Shown here: positions 47,051 through 61,300 of the stretch, one piece after another
How positions within the stretch are numbered: position 1 is the stretch's first letter
How the letters are laid out: every line of letters begins with the position of its first letter
Origin: Tubiluchus corallicola
Lineage: Eukaryota > Animalia > Priapulida
Length of the DNA: 64,000 nt
Direction of reading: 5' to 3'
NCBI GenBank assembly: GCA_030141605.1
Contig: JAQGDQ010000098.1
Location: 62,001-126,000 of the forward strand
Notes under the pieces: generated by a model
The model's database searches: none
Told to the model about the DNA's origin: nothing
Seen by the model: the letters and a program-made list of their open reading frames with translations, nothing else
Translations under genes and position numbers: made by a program

Positions 47051-48849
47051 ATTTTTTATAAACTACTGTATGTACCACAAAGGGAACTGTGGGAGAAATA
47101 AGATTGAATTGATAACGTCTTATGTTGTATATGCACTTTATCCATTCTCTGCAGTGTATGTGTACTGAAACCCAGTTTAATCCATTATGAAGCCATTATA
47201 ACAAACTGGAGTGGATGCCTGGGTAACTTAGTCATGCGTTGCCAGGATTGAATGTTTGACTAATAATCAGTGCAGCACAGCGCTGATAAAGGGCTTCCAA
47301 ACACCAGAAGCAAATAGTCGATCGAATGTGATTCATAATCATAACAGTTCCGATCATGCTGCGCGTTGTTGAACTGGTTTTATATCATAAAAAAGAAAAC
47401 GTAACCAAACCTACAGTATTTTACAGTCGTTTTTAGGGTACAGCTGTTTTCAAATCAGTACAGCCTTTATGTCTATTTCTTATGAGTTCTTTTGACGTCT
47501 GCTGAACTTCGCAAGTCAGCAAAGTCAAGAATATTTCTGACTATTCCTCGGCCGGAATCAGCTCGGGCGTTCAAAAAGTTTTTGGATCGATTTCTATGTA
47601 CGCGCTTTGTATTTTTACTGCGTTCTTCCTTGTATGAAGTGAAATATTGAGACTCGTAGCGAGCTATGACAAAAACGAATAAAAGAAGAAGTGTTTCTCG
47701 GATGCTACAAAGTTTCTTATTGTTGGAATTTGAAATAAAGAGGGCAATAGCTTTCTTCTTGTAAAGAAGCTGCGCATATACTCAAGCATTGTTCGGAATG
47801 CCAGGCCAAAGTCTTTCGAAAAAAATGAAATGAAATAAAAGCTAAAACAATACCAGGGCATTGTCTTTACTTGTAATACCATGTGTTTGAAAGAAGGCTT
47901 TATTTTTAGTAAAAGCCAATAAAATGTCAAAAAATTGCTTTTGTTATTTGATGGCGAACGAGCGAAACAATGTTTTTTGCAGCCAAGCCCAGAATAGTTT
48001 AAACAGGGTTGTCAACTTGCATACTTTACTAAATTAGGTGACTTCAAAAAGCTAGATGTGTGTGCCGAGCAGAGTTTCTTCAATTCGCCAGTGTCAACCT
48101 CGAATATGATGTCAATAACTGCCGAATTGAACCCACTCCGTTATCTTATCTGATCATTTGTCGTTCTGCTACGTTCTCCCGTTCGTTTTTCGTTTTCGTT
48201 TATTGCATAATTAGCATAAATAAATCAGTTGTATTGAAAGATAGTTTAATTGACTTCGTATTACGAATTTTTTCAGTCGCCATGACTGTCCTGCTGAGTT
48301 TGCACTACATCAATGATTACTGTGTCATTCGCGATGATTGCGTGCATTTCTACAGCTGTTTCTGGATCATTTAGTTGTGACTAGTGAAAGCACTTGGAGT
48401 TCCACAGGGAGGCACTTTAACCTCAATAGGATTTAATGATAATGGATCTTTTGTGACATTAATTGCATACTCGGCGATATATTTGAGCTTAACCGATCTA
48501 TGAAGCAATTAAATTAAGTGGAAATCCTTAGGGGCTTATATTCGACATCTGGAGCAAGAAATAAGTACTAAGTAGCACCGAGAAGTGCTAAATTATTAGT
48601 ACTGATTGTTGTCTTGTATGTAAGCCTAGTGTGCAACTTTGAAAGATATAACAAAAAGTGTAAAAAAGCGTGTATAAACCATAAGGTTAATTATACTACC
48701 GATGTATAGAAATTTTCAGGCGCAGTGGTAGCCTCCATTCACTTTAAAATTATGACGTAACTGGTGGACTTGGTAACTTTTCTTAAGCAAATCGTTCGTG
48801 GTTTTTTCTGTAAGCGGGCACTGCTTAAACTAATTGAAACTTCTCCCCA

Positions 48850-49130
48850 ACTTGCTTAATGTTCATTCAAAATGTACCACAATATTAACTATCATTTTTT
48901 GTAAAAAATTATTATACTTTTGAAGGAAATTGACAGTGTGCTGCTTTTCTTTATGGTGGGAGAATGGGTGTTCAAAATCGAAACGCCCAAGTGTGAAATC
49001 GTCAGGGCTTTAAAATGATTTTACTAATTACAGGAGGCGCTTATCACACATTGATTACTAAATATTTCTAACTTTTCTCTCGAACAGTAAAAAAAGTCTA
49101 ACTTCTCATAAGATTTGGTGTTTCCTTTAA
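48850..49130 (+). mobile_element. T2/Kolobok-like MITE, family B, 3' part
   Basis: Shares ttatacttttga..acagtgtgctgcttttctt..tgattttactaattaca..ttatcacac with 55610-55965; ends TTTCCTTTAA. Confidence 0.6.
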
Positions 49131-50987
49131 GTTGTTCAAAGTTGTAAGCACGTATAAAACATGCTACCGGTAGAGGTAGAGCAATTTTTCAGAATAAATG
49201 CTGGTCCCAGAGAAAAAATGAAAAACAAGTATGTAGATAAAATACGCGCACAGAAAAGTCTCGTGCATCTACTGGTTTGGTCACAAGGTAGTGATGAGCT
49301 GTTTAATGTTGGGTGATGGGCTTCCTGTGGAAAAGACCAGACGTTGTTTTTCAACCTGTTATTGACGCAGTTCCCATCGATCTTTTAATCTTGGTTGATG
49401 TAATTAATAGAGAACACGGTTAATTTTTAATTTAGACAGCTGTCCTTGACAGGTGGGGACATGTTGTTTCTATTACGTGGCGTTTATTTCACAGACAAAG
49501 CGTACACAATACGGCTTGTAGCTTTGTAGTGTTTGTCAAATGTACATAAGTTATAATTGTGCAAAAAACTATTTATTAATGAATAGGTTAAACCCGCCTT
49601 TTGAAAATTAATGACTAGCGATCTTGGAGACTTTCATCTAAACTTCTTTTGTATGTTTGCCAACGATTTGACAGTGTGTCTCTTCCTACGCAAGTGGACG
49701 ACATGCAATTTTTTGCAGACATGCTGCATATATATATATAATTTCACCTGTTTACAAATTTCGTCATATGAATTCTGGTGACATTTGACCGGCTTTCTTC
49801 GTCGAAACGCGTTTCCGTTCATATAAAGATAACAGCATTAAAAATGTCATTCTGTTTGAGGAGTTGGTCTTTTTAGTTAGAAGTTTCGAAAAAATCATTA
49901 TTATTTTTATTAGAACTTTTCACCAAGCGCGCTTTTGCTTTTATATAAACATCTTTTGTAGCTATAGCTATGATCGAGCAAGGAGAACTTGCGTGTATGG
50001 CATTGTTCAGAACCTTTTTAAGTTTGGTCTTTATGTTTTTTCGCAGAGAAATGAAATGTGGCTGCTAGCAGAAAGTAATGGGAAACATTCAATAGCGCAA
50101 CCAGCAAGCATTTACTGCCTGCCTGCTGAAAAGCCATTGCATATTGCCATATTGCTAATTTTGTCATTAATAGTGTGGAAATTGAGCGCGTTTCTCTAGC
50201 TAATGTAAGGGAGACATCGATTTGTGGTGCAAATTTCTGCAATATTAGTCGCAAAATTACCCACTCGACCACTGAGCATTATTCTAGCGTATCATTCTCG
50301 TCACAATTTCGACTAGATATTGTTCTTTCACCAGTGCGTTGGTTTGATAGGATTGCAGCTTTTCTGTTCATCATTTTAGTAAAGTATCAAATGGATGTCC
50401 AAATCTGGCGCTTTGTGTAAGATACAAACAAGTAAGATATAAGCAATTATTCTAGATATCAATCAGTGTTACTTAATTTCACTAGATCGGCTACATGGTA
50501 AGTGAGCGCCCGTTGCTTAGTTGTAGCTGGTTGTATATAAGCAACAAAAGTATGATAATATATATTCACGCATTTTGAATACAGTAATGCTATAAATACA
50601 GTTTATTATTTTCATTCTGACTGCCAAACGTTTTCCAATTAAGCGCTGTTTGCATAATTGCGTCGCCTGCACAGCAATAAGCCAGTAACTATGATATAAT
50701 AACGTTTGAACTCTACAAATTTTGGTATTGATCTGTTCCCAAAATGGCGCATTTTAGTAGCCGTGCATTATGAAATCTGACTTTGTCATGGTCTCGTTAG
50801 CATATGCCGCCCGCCGTCTAAGTGACTGTCGGCAATACGTTGCCAGTTGGGTTTATTGTACGACATTCTGACGGGTTTGATTACTTCATTTTGTGCCTGT
50901 GCTCTGGCTTCAAGTACATATGTTGCTGTTAAGAATCCACCATAGTTGTGCCTATTGTTGTATTTCTTGTTCATATATGCTCTAGTC

Positions 50988-51307
50988 CAGTGGTTCCCAA
51001 AGTAGGGGTAAATTACCCCCCGGGGGTAATATGGTTTTTTTTGGGGGGGGGGGGGGGCTAACGGGCACCCCTCTGAAAATTTTTAAAACTTCGCTCGGAA
51101 TGCATTTTACGTAGTTTTCTTCTTGAAGAGACTGCCTACAACAACAACACCTGGAAATTTATTTATGTCACATAAATAATTTTGCTTGCTTTTGGCATAT
51201 ACGTGTGTTTACTTTTTGAGTTGGAGAAGTAGTACTAGGTGGGGGGTAATGGACACGACCGGGTTTCCCGATTTGGGTAACGGTCCGAGAAAGTTTGGGA
51301 ACCACTG
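50988..51307. mobile_element. Non-autonomous hAT (Buster/Charlie-type) MITE, 320 bp
   Basis: Perfect 14-bp TIRs CAGTGGTTCCCAAA/TTTGGGAACCACTG; perfect 8-bp TSD CTCTAGTC (50980-50987 and 51308-51315); subterminal GGGTAA motifs. Confidence 0.93.
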
Positions 51308-54300
51308 CTCTAGTCATTCATGTTCAAAGTTTATAAAATAAATGAAACACTTGGTATGTAGACTAATAATTTGCGAAATGTCACTGTAATTGATTCCAAA
51401 TTAGTCCATGTACCAGGCCAGATATCGGCCCTCTAAAGTTACCCAAATTGCTCAGAATAGTATATAGCCATAGTTATTATTAAAATAATACGTTCTAACA
51501 TTATTTTAAAATAGGTGTGCACTGTACGTACATATATTTTAATAAGTAAACCGAATAAGGAACGAAATCTTTTGGCTGGATACTTATGACCTATTGGTGA
51601 CAAAACGCCCTCCCATTCCTTCTAAGTATTGCCAAAAATATTTTTTTAAATTTTAAAGGTTTAAATGTTTCAAGTTTGTACGACCCGAATAATCCTTATT
51701 ACCTTTTACGTAAGATCAAATTCTGAAAAGTCTATCCATTTGCGAATAACCATATGAGCATTTAATACCAGTTAGTCACATAAATTAGTTACTGTTCGAC
51801 TTACCAACGTCACTGATAACAAGGTTAGATTCAAAAATAGTGTATAAACCTCCAGGTTTTTACTATTATATGAACTGACAACAGATCTTGACATCCAAGA
51901 AAGGTAGCAGTTTCTAGCGATGCGAAACTTGTTTACATTATCTACTGTATAGCAGCTCTAATAAATAAGTAAACGGTAATAAATAAATAGCAGCTCTAAT
52001 TTACTAAAAGAATCTTGCTCACTGTGGCTTATTATATTATGATAAATGTTTGGAGAAAACGTTCTTGAACTTTCATTTATCTAAAATGGGTTTATAAAAT
52101 CGCATTTGCCTATCAATATCACCCCTCAGTGTACAACTGATAGCAAAGCTGGCTAGCATAAACTGAGTAATTCTACTGGTTTTCACAGCTTTCCTCATTT
52201 CAAATTTTTTGTGTAAGTAGTTTCACCTTATACTTAGATGTGATGGCTAAAGGAAAAAAGAAATTTACATTTGTACAAATTAACTGGCTGCAGATTGTTA
52301 AGCGGACGAAACTAGATTAGAAGCCGCCCAGACTTCAAGTAGAATCATTTATTCGTTATGTGTAATTAATTGTTCGATAACGTTTTTGCAATTCCAATGA
52401 CGTTTAATCAAAAAAGTGTCTACGAGCTCGATGCAATGCATGAGATACTCTTAACTTTACTGACTTTTCAACAAAGATAAATCGTGCTTATTCTTAAACG
52501 AAAAGAAAATATATTTCAGAGAGTAATCGAAAAAACATTCCAGTAATTTTCCTTCTATTAATCATTGGATCATCAACTGCAATTGAAATGAACTAATTCG
52601 GGAAAAACAAGCAGAAGCTTTCCTCTTGGATTGATCAACGGTGTACTAAGCGTAGTTTGAGAGTAATGGCTTCAGTAGTGGCTTCTTTCTGGACAGCTTG
52701 TCAATCAGTCGCGAAGTAATCTGCCGCTTTTGTCCACAGCTTGCAGACGCGGCACATCTGTCATCTTTCTCCTGTCTCCGTTTAATTCTGAGGATTTAAT
52801 GCTTCGCGTCAGCCAGTCAAACGCCACTTTTCGGCTACGAATCCATACTTGAGTATGGGGAAAACGATTTGAATGCTCTTCAGATGATTGATGGCCTGTC
52901 TGACTAGCGCTGGCTTCTTTTGAAAACACGAAAAGTGTTGGTTCCAGTGGAGCCTATAACTTATTCTGACTCTACGGGAATTTAGGAAAACTATAACGTG
53001 CACTCTTCCTTGCTATTCTTCTTGAATAATAAAATTACGGGAATTCCTTTATATCCTTGCTGTAAAGTGTATTTTCTTACCACTGCTGATGCTGCGTTCT
53101 GGCAAACAGCGTTGGTTCATAGTCTTCGTATGAATTTGTACTTACGTATGCTTCATACGTATTGAGTTTGTTTTCTAGCTTTAGTCATTCTGTGTGGTAG
53201 TAATGGTAACCTAACAAATAGATGCTTGTTGAAAGAGCAGTGCTGTGAAACGTCTTTATTCGGAATAACATTTTAATATAACTTCTGAACAGCTCTTCGC
53301 TTAAAATACAACTTCTATGTTAATAGGCACTCTTTCCTTAATTGCAAAAATGCTGATACATTCAAATTTCAGACGTATGTGATATCATTTACCAGCTTGA
53401 GTGCACAATGGCTTCAATTTTCAGCTTAGCATTTGCGTTTGACAAGACGGTCCATTTAAATCTAATCTGCGTTGGAGAGCATTTTTTCAGCTAATTCTTC
53501 ATATTGCTCGAGAAGCCCATATACTTGTCATGCGATATACAATTATGAGTGCAAATAAAAAGACAGTTGGCTTACTTCTATAGGCATACTGCATGTTTGG
53601 TGTGCACGTTGCTTTTGGTGTTTGTTCAGTCAAGCTTAATTATAACCACAGTGTTATTGATTGCCAGCCTGGCATCGTATGATGAAGTTATTAATATTTG
53701 ACAGTCATAAAGGCACTCCGGGGAATGATGGACTTTGTTCCTTTGCTTCGCTGTAGTTTGCATGCCTGGAAGCTTCCTGCTAGAAAAAAACTAGCCCCCA
53801 CCCAAAGAGTTCGTCATTTTCATGCAATTGGTTTTTACCCCGTGTTGTTATTATGATATTTTTTCGAATTTAAAATGTAAACCGCTAGGCCTGACGGATG
53901 GTCACGATGGTCGCGCTTGGCAACTGACCTTAAGCAATGTCGAGCTTGGTCAGTATATAGATGGTCACTGGGAAATCTGCTTCTAAGCCTTTTGGTTGCC
54001 TTACTTCCATCGGCCATTTTTCTCATTAAAGGAAGCTGTATAGTGATCTGGTCATGACTAATTCAGCTGGTTCAGTATCACATCTAAAAAGTTTTTTTTG
54101 ATAATGAATCAAATTCCCGTTTTGCCATAACCATCTACATTAAATAGGCCCTGGTGTTATGTGCTGGATCTCATGTAGCTGAAGAATCTTGAACTGGACA
54201 AAAAGTGAACTTTCTGCGTATTCTAGTCATCTCATCTCATCTCTGAACAGTTAGATGACAAGATGTTGACAGATTTTTTGTCGATCTTTCAGATTATTTA

Positions 54301-55220
54301 TAAGAAAGCAAGTTTTGGATAACTGAACTCCATTGTTGAACACCTTTAATGGCATTTCTAGCGCTTATCCTTGCCGCAGGATTCCCATAGCTTTTCTGGT
54401 ATCTCGTGGTACTTGAACTATGTAAAAGTATATCATTCTTCTCCACGTTAGTTATATCGTATCTTATTCCATGTTGTTAACATTGCTTCCTGCTCTGAAT
54501 CCATCTAACCTGCCTGTCGCTGACAGTAGAGAATAAAATGGTTTTAGTATGATGAGCGATTGAGAATATGGGCAGTAAAAATTCCTGGCCAGGCGCCCGC
54601 CATATGTCAGCCTGTCCACTGCCTTCGGGCAATGTTGTTGCTTTGTTGTTATTTGCAGAAATTGCTGGATTTATACTCCACCACGGTCGTGTCTGCTTCA
54701 CCTAACAGCTGTTATTAAGGGATTAGGATTAATAAAGTATCAACCCTGCTTGAAAAAACTGCCTGATGATAGTGAGCACATGCTAACTTGTCAGCAGTTG
54801 AGAACGTTAGCCTGGCATTGGCATTTCCCATCTGTTTTTTTTTCGTTGGTCGTTTGGTACTGTACTGCCTGAAAACAGGGAAACTAGAGGAAGAAATTTC
54901 TTTACTTATCCAAGTAATGAGAATCATACTTGAAGTTAACATTTATGCCTCTTTTAGTTCTAGAAGTTTTATTTTTTCGTGTTTGGCAAGTTTGTGCATA
55001 TGTTTAAGAAAAAAAATGTCCTGGAAGTGAAAAAATTTCAAAATCATTTTCTTTGTGAATATTTTAATGCACTTTAGAGAGCATTACCTTTAAAAAGACT
55101 TTGAACGTAATGCTTGTCAATGGACGGTACCTCATGCTTTATGTAGTATATGTACGAAAGTATTCACGTGCAAGTTTTATTTTTTCAGTTTGAACACATG
55201 AGGTAGGTCAAAAAAACAAG

Positions 55221-55356
55221 ATGGTTGTGCTGTCGTTGAAAATATCCGTTGTGGAGAAAAATGTGGCGAAGACGATTCAGTTTGATCCATCCACGATCGT
55301 CTACGATGCATGCCGGATCATCAGAGAAAAAATAGCTGAGGCAAACATCGGACAGC
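55221..55356 (+). CDS. TLN1: Talin first coding exon
   Basis: Acceptor at 55187-55188, aagATGG start, MVVLSLKISVVEKNVAKTIQFDPSTIVYDACRIIREKIAEANIGQ; donor GTGAGT. Confidence 0.95.
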
Positions 55357-58300
55357 GTGAGTAACATTTAGTTACACACTGTGCTAAGGTCACGTGTGGC
55401 AATCTGTATTCTTGAAATTAATCAGTTTTGATTTTCACATATTCCCTTCATTTACTGGGACTTAATTTATTTGCAAATAAATTTTTACTCTTAATGCTAA
55501 AGATTTTTAATAGCTATTTAAAATTAATGAACTGGTCCCAGGAACAGTTCAGCACCTATAGTAAGACTGAAGACATTCAAATTCACATACAGAAAAGTAT
55601 GTGCTGCATTTAAAGGAAAGGACACTGCCTAATGCGCACGTTGCCTAAAGCAGTTTAGGCTGCTGTAACTTGCCTAATATTCATGCAAAAATATCACAAA
55701 ATCAGAAGTCTGATTTTTTGTAAGAACTTCTTATACTTTTGATGGAAACTAACAGTGTGCTGCTTTTCTTCAGTCGCCCAATTAAGTCGTTTGTCGAAAA
55801 AATGGGCGTTAAAAATGGGAGCGCCCGCTCGTGAAGTGATTGCGACTTCAAAGTGATTTTACTAATTACACTAGGCTCTTATCACACTTTCATCACTAAA
55901 TCTTTCCAACATGTTTTCCCCAACATTGAACAAAACCTGACTTCTCAGAAGGCTTGTCCTTTCATGTAAGTTTTTATGTTAATTTATTGCCTGTATGTCA
56001 TATTAGTCAATGGTTAGAAATTTACAATCTGATTTGTAGTGTATATATTCAAATACTAAAAGAGTATAAATTAACATTGCAAACATTTACCGATAAACAA
56101 GCAAATACCACGTCCTTAGTACTACAGCATACAGTCTCCTGCCCACATGTTTAGAAAATGTATGTTAAGAAAATGCTTATAAACAGCAACTATCCTGGTT
56201 CCTGAGCTCTTATCACCAGCGTAGTTGAAGAAGCCAGCATGGTGCTATAGAATACCATATGGTCTCAGCAATTCATCAGCTCTACTCTATAGCTACATGT
56301 ATGAAAGACTGGAAGTGCTAGGCATGTGGGTTTAATCAGTCATCCACCATTCGACTTGCTATCTATGTAACAAGCTTTGCTTAGAACGTATTTTGTGAAT
56401 TATCTTTATTTCTCTACTGGAAGCTTGCTAAAACTAATATTAAAACTGCATTATTAAAAACCAGAAACGTGGTGGACATTTTATACATACCTGAAAGAAT
56501 TTTTCAAGTTGTTATAAATATCAATTAAAATGCTAATAAAATGTTTAAATGCTGTAACTCAAAATTCTTAGATTCATTTAAATTTGTATATCTAAAAACA
56601 TTTTACAATGAAAGTTTAATGTTTTTTGGTGTTATGCAAATGTAAGGCATTTATATGGTTGCCGAACGTTATACTCTCTGTTAATTTAATAACATCTGAT
56701 TGCCACAGTAATTTGTTGCAACTAGGCATAAAAACCAATTAATGTGATTATATGTTTGGATTTATTAACAACTTTCCTCAAGTACTCATTTAAGCATCAG
56801 ATCAATATGTGAAACAAACCAGTAATTTTCTACGGAAAGGGTTTTTGTTAGAATTTTAAGTGCATCTATGGTTTTTTCAGCTGGCGACTATGGTTTGTTT
56901 CTGGCAGACGAAGATCCTAAAAAGGGAGTATGGTTGGAAAATGTACGATCCTTAGAATATTACATGCTACGAAATGGGGTAAGATAAGAACTCTGTACCT
57001 TTAAGTTGTGTCTCTAAATGTATCTAAATCATGAAAAAATTGTGTTGCTATGACATTTGATATCCCAGCATACCGTTATTGTTGTATTGTTAATTGTTCT
57101 GAAAAAGCCTGTAATTCAGAAACGGCTTTGAATGTAAAACGATTAGTAAAACAGAGTGAAGTATAGCTCACAGTTAAACTTAGCAACTTTAAAGGCTTTA
57201 TTCAAGTTAAACATCTTATTTTTGAATGCTTACCTAACACATTTAGTTAGTTTGGTGTTTACACCAAAGATAGCAAGCAGTAAAAGTTCTAAAGGGACCC
57301 TGACCCCAATTCTGTATAGTGAGATCCGATGCAGTTTAACTGGTTGCAATCCAGTACAGATCCATTTGCAAATGAGTCAGTAGTTTCGACCTGGTGTTTT
57401 AAAGATCTGGCCGTCCAAACGATTCTTTGATGATGTAGAATATGATTGACATGTGCCTGATCTGATTAAATAACTGGACGCACTATTAGCTTTAATATGC
57501 TAAGGCAGTGTGATGGCTTCTTTGCTCTCAAATACAGATGAATTTACCATGTGACTGTATTCATACACGTCAGAAATTGTTTCACAATTATTTCGGTATG
57601 TCTGTGTTGCATATATGATGTGTTCAGTCAGGTCTATTTGTTTAGTGTTTTTACGCTTGTCTTCAGTTTTGCAAAGCCATATAGTAGAGTGACTTGCAAA
57701 CTGTTGAATAAATCCATCTCCATTTGAAGTCTCTAGGGAGCTTTGCACTCATCTAAATAGAATTTGAAATGAATTGCCTTTGGATTAGAAGCCAAATTTT
57801 TTGAAAGTAACTTTCGATTGCTGTTAGGTTAAACGCCGAAAGTCGTCGGTATTTGAAAGAGTCACTATTTTCTTGTAAGCCTGTGTTTGTTCACATTTTA
57901 ATAGGACTTGTTGGAGTACAAAAAGAAGATCAGGACGCTAAGAGTTCGGATGTTAGACGGCTCAGTAAAAACACTTCTAGTAGATGATAGCAAGAATGTA
58001 GGAGATTTAATGGTAGCCATATGTACTCGTATAGGTATATATCTACTATCTGCTAAAACAAAAGTAAAAACGAAGTATGTAGCTAATGACTATTGTGTAT
58101 TATATTTTACTGGAATGGTGAAATTTGTGAACACTGTTATATAATCTGTTACTGGTTTTTGTCTAACTTCTGCCTTGTAATATTCTTTATACCTTGACCA
58201 GTTACACTTGTGTTATTGCCTAACAAGTAGAGGTGAGCATTCTCTATCAGAAAACGAATTCAAATCGATTCAAACCGAATTTCAAGATTTCGAATCTGAA

Positions 58301-61300
58301 TTAAATTCACATTCAGTTTTGAAAGATTTTCTTATAGATTTTTTAATGATTTATAAAAAGCAATTTCGCAACGATCATGCATATTGCTTGATTTTGTTCT
58401 GTACTAAAAACACTAATAATTTGTTTAAACCTCAGAAATTGCAGTTAAACTGCACTAATAGCAGGCTGTTTCAAACGTTTTAATGATAAAGAACGTATGT
58501 AGTTGAAGTGGTTAATTATTCAATTCCATAAGTTTAAGTTCAAATCGAGTTTGAATTAAAAAAAACTCGTTCAAATCAATGCTCACCTCTACTGATAAGT
58601 AATACACATCAAATAACAAAAACTTGCTCCTCAATATGACTCAATTTAATTAAAGGGCAAAGGGGTGGACAGGACCCAATTTAAACTATAGCTGAAAATA
58701 AGCTAGTGTATAAAATATTGAAAGAGAACATCATTTGTATTTTTTTAAGTGACTTGCGCAAAAGAATTATTGCCACCGAAAATATGCTCATTTTTATCAT
58801 AGTTCAAAATAGACCAGGATATGAAAATTTATCATGTTTTCCTGTAACCATGAACATGTCCAGCAATTATTTCATGTAAGACACCATTTTTGACCATCAA
58901 TCTTCACAGATTTGATATCATGTTGTGAGACCATAAAGACATTATTGAAAACTACAGTCAAATTAAGTAGCAGGTACTGGCATCTGTAATGACAAGCAAC
59001 GAAAATTTAGTTCTAATCTTTCACGATGCACCAACCTCTAATCACACTTTTTTTTGAGAAAGGAATGATGTTTCACTTGGTCCTGCTTTTACCTCTGTTT
59101 AATAACATTTTTATATTACGTTTTATAGGAATATCAAATTATGATGAATATTCGTTAGTTATTGAACCACCAGAAGAACAGAAGGAGCAGTTTGCCACAC
59201 TTCGCAAAGTAATCATCAATATTTATATTCTAAATAGTCTTGTTTCGAATGATTTTGCCAAATTAATATTTACTAGTTTAATAAAATTAGTGTAGATCTG
59301 TGTTTGCTCTTAGTGACAACAGATCTATTGATGTGTGAAAATGTCTCGAATTTTTCTAATTAGATCTCCTGCTGTTTAAATAACTTCCTAATTTGCACGG
59401 CTGTTTAGTTAGTTCAATGACAAATTTATTTAAGCACTTGTTTAATTTCAGTTTCGTTGCTGTAACAGAATTAATGCTGTAAACCGACTGAAATATTCAA
59501 TTGTTAGCCAATAGTTGTAACGTTATGAGATAATGAATTTGTGTAATTGTTTTGGTATAGGAGAAGGAGAAGACGCTTCCGCGCTCTGAGAGAAGGATGG
59601 AAGAACTGAGGAGAAAGTTGCACACGGACGAGGAGATAAAATGGGTAGACCATGGAAAAACATTGCGTGAGCAAGGTTTGGATGAAGGTGAAACCTTGCT
59701 GCTACGGAGAAAATACTTCTTTTCTGATCAAAATATTGATTCCCGTGATCCGGTCCAGCTGAACCTGCTTTATGTCCAAGTAAGTATTAAAATTGAAAGA
59801 ACTTAATTTTAAAGTTTCTTACTGAATTTTTGTGGGATTAAACAGTAAATAAAGAGTTAAACTGCCCTGCAAATTCCTCAAGTATAGGTCCATTGTCTTA
59901 CTGAATTTTTTGTGTGATTAAACAGTGAACAAAGAGTTAAACTGCTCATGTATAGGTCTACTCAGACTCGTCACTCATCCAGCTCCAGACACAAAGAGAT
60001 TGATACACAAATTAACCTTATATCAGACAAAACAGTTTATATTAGACATGTCTGTAGAAGTCTGTATGAAATTTGATACTAGACAACTAAGGTCACATAA
60101 TTGTTAAATTGTAAAAGACTAGCTGCTTCATAAAAACACGTAGGTGTTTTAACAGTCACACCTCACCAAGTGTTGTGAGCAAACTGCAACAATGCTAATG
60201 TACATAGAGTTCTTTACTTACTTATAGACATTTTTAGGTTTTTATTATCTGTCTAATGTTAACCATTATTTCAGGCAACAGTTTTAGAAAATAAAATGTA
60301 TGTTGGGGAATTGAATTCAACAAAAAACTTTATTTTGTTAGATGCAAAACTTTTCTACATTCTTATCCTCTTTTGTTGGCTGCTTTGTTACAACACTTGA
60401 CAAAGCCAGTTGGAAGAATTTTTCACCTTTAGTAATTTTTGTATTTGAGAAACAAATTTTTTTCCTCATTTTTTGATCATCACCACCAAATGTGTGTAAG
60501 TGTTTTTTATGACATATCCGTTATCAAGGCTGTTTGGAGCCAGACTTGGCAAATAGATAGCTTTGATTAGCAAAACATATGTTAAAAAATATGCATTGTT
60601 CTGACAACAATATACAATTAAAAATATTGAAATTACCACACAATATATGCACATAAAATACCTTCCTTAAAAATGCAGAAGAAATTTAAATCATCTCCGG
60701 CCAAACTGACCTCATTGCTCGACAATGACGTAAGCTGATGTAATAATTCTTCTACAGTTCAAGTTGAAATTGCAAAGATCAAGCTGCTTAATTGTGTGCT
60801 TAAATGTATTTGTGTTAATGGGATTGTCTAAGTGCTTACATAGTTTTGATCCATTTTTATATCACAAAAAGCACAAGAACTGTACTTAATCAAATAATTG
60901 ATTGTTTGTTGACTTCATTAAAAGTTATTTTAAATCTATTATGGTTAGCAGTGTTTATCAAAAAGTCAGCTGGACTAAAATACTTGTTGTGGTTGTCTTA
61001 GTTGTCATCGTCATTTAGTTCTGGTCTTCTGGCTTCTTTATTTTTTGTAACAGTTGCATTTATTTACGCAGTTGATCTTATTTTCTATTCTTCAAATACC
61101 ATCAATATATTATGTCATCCTTAATCAGTCAGCAACTTATATTTTTTTTTTGAATATTGATTATACTTTGCTTTACATTTTTCATGGGTTACGTTACTGG
61201 TTATCACCTTTGCGGGAATTCTGCTTTGCTGTGAAAATTTTAACAAACAAAAGAAGTTGATAGAAGATCAATGTGACTTGAATTTACCGCAGATGTATAT

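Noticed and set aside
53830-54960. Possible LINE ORF2 remnant or small gene on the minus strand
   Set aside because: Only vague fragments (PWW, RFFSYMRS) amid many stops; not enough to call without a database search
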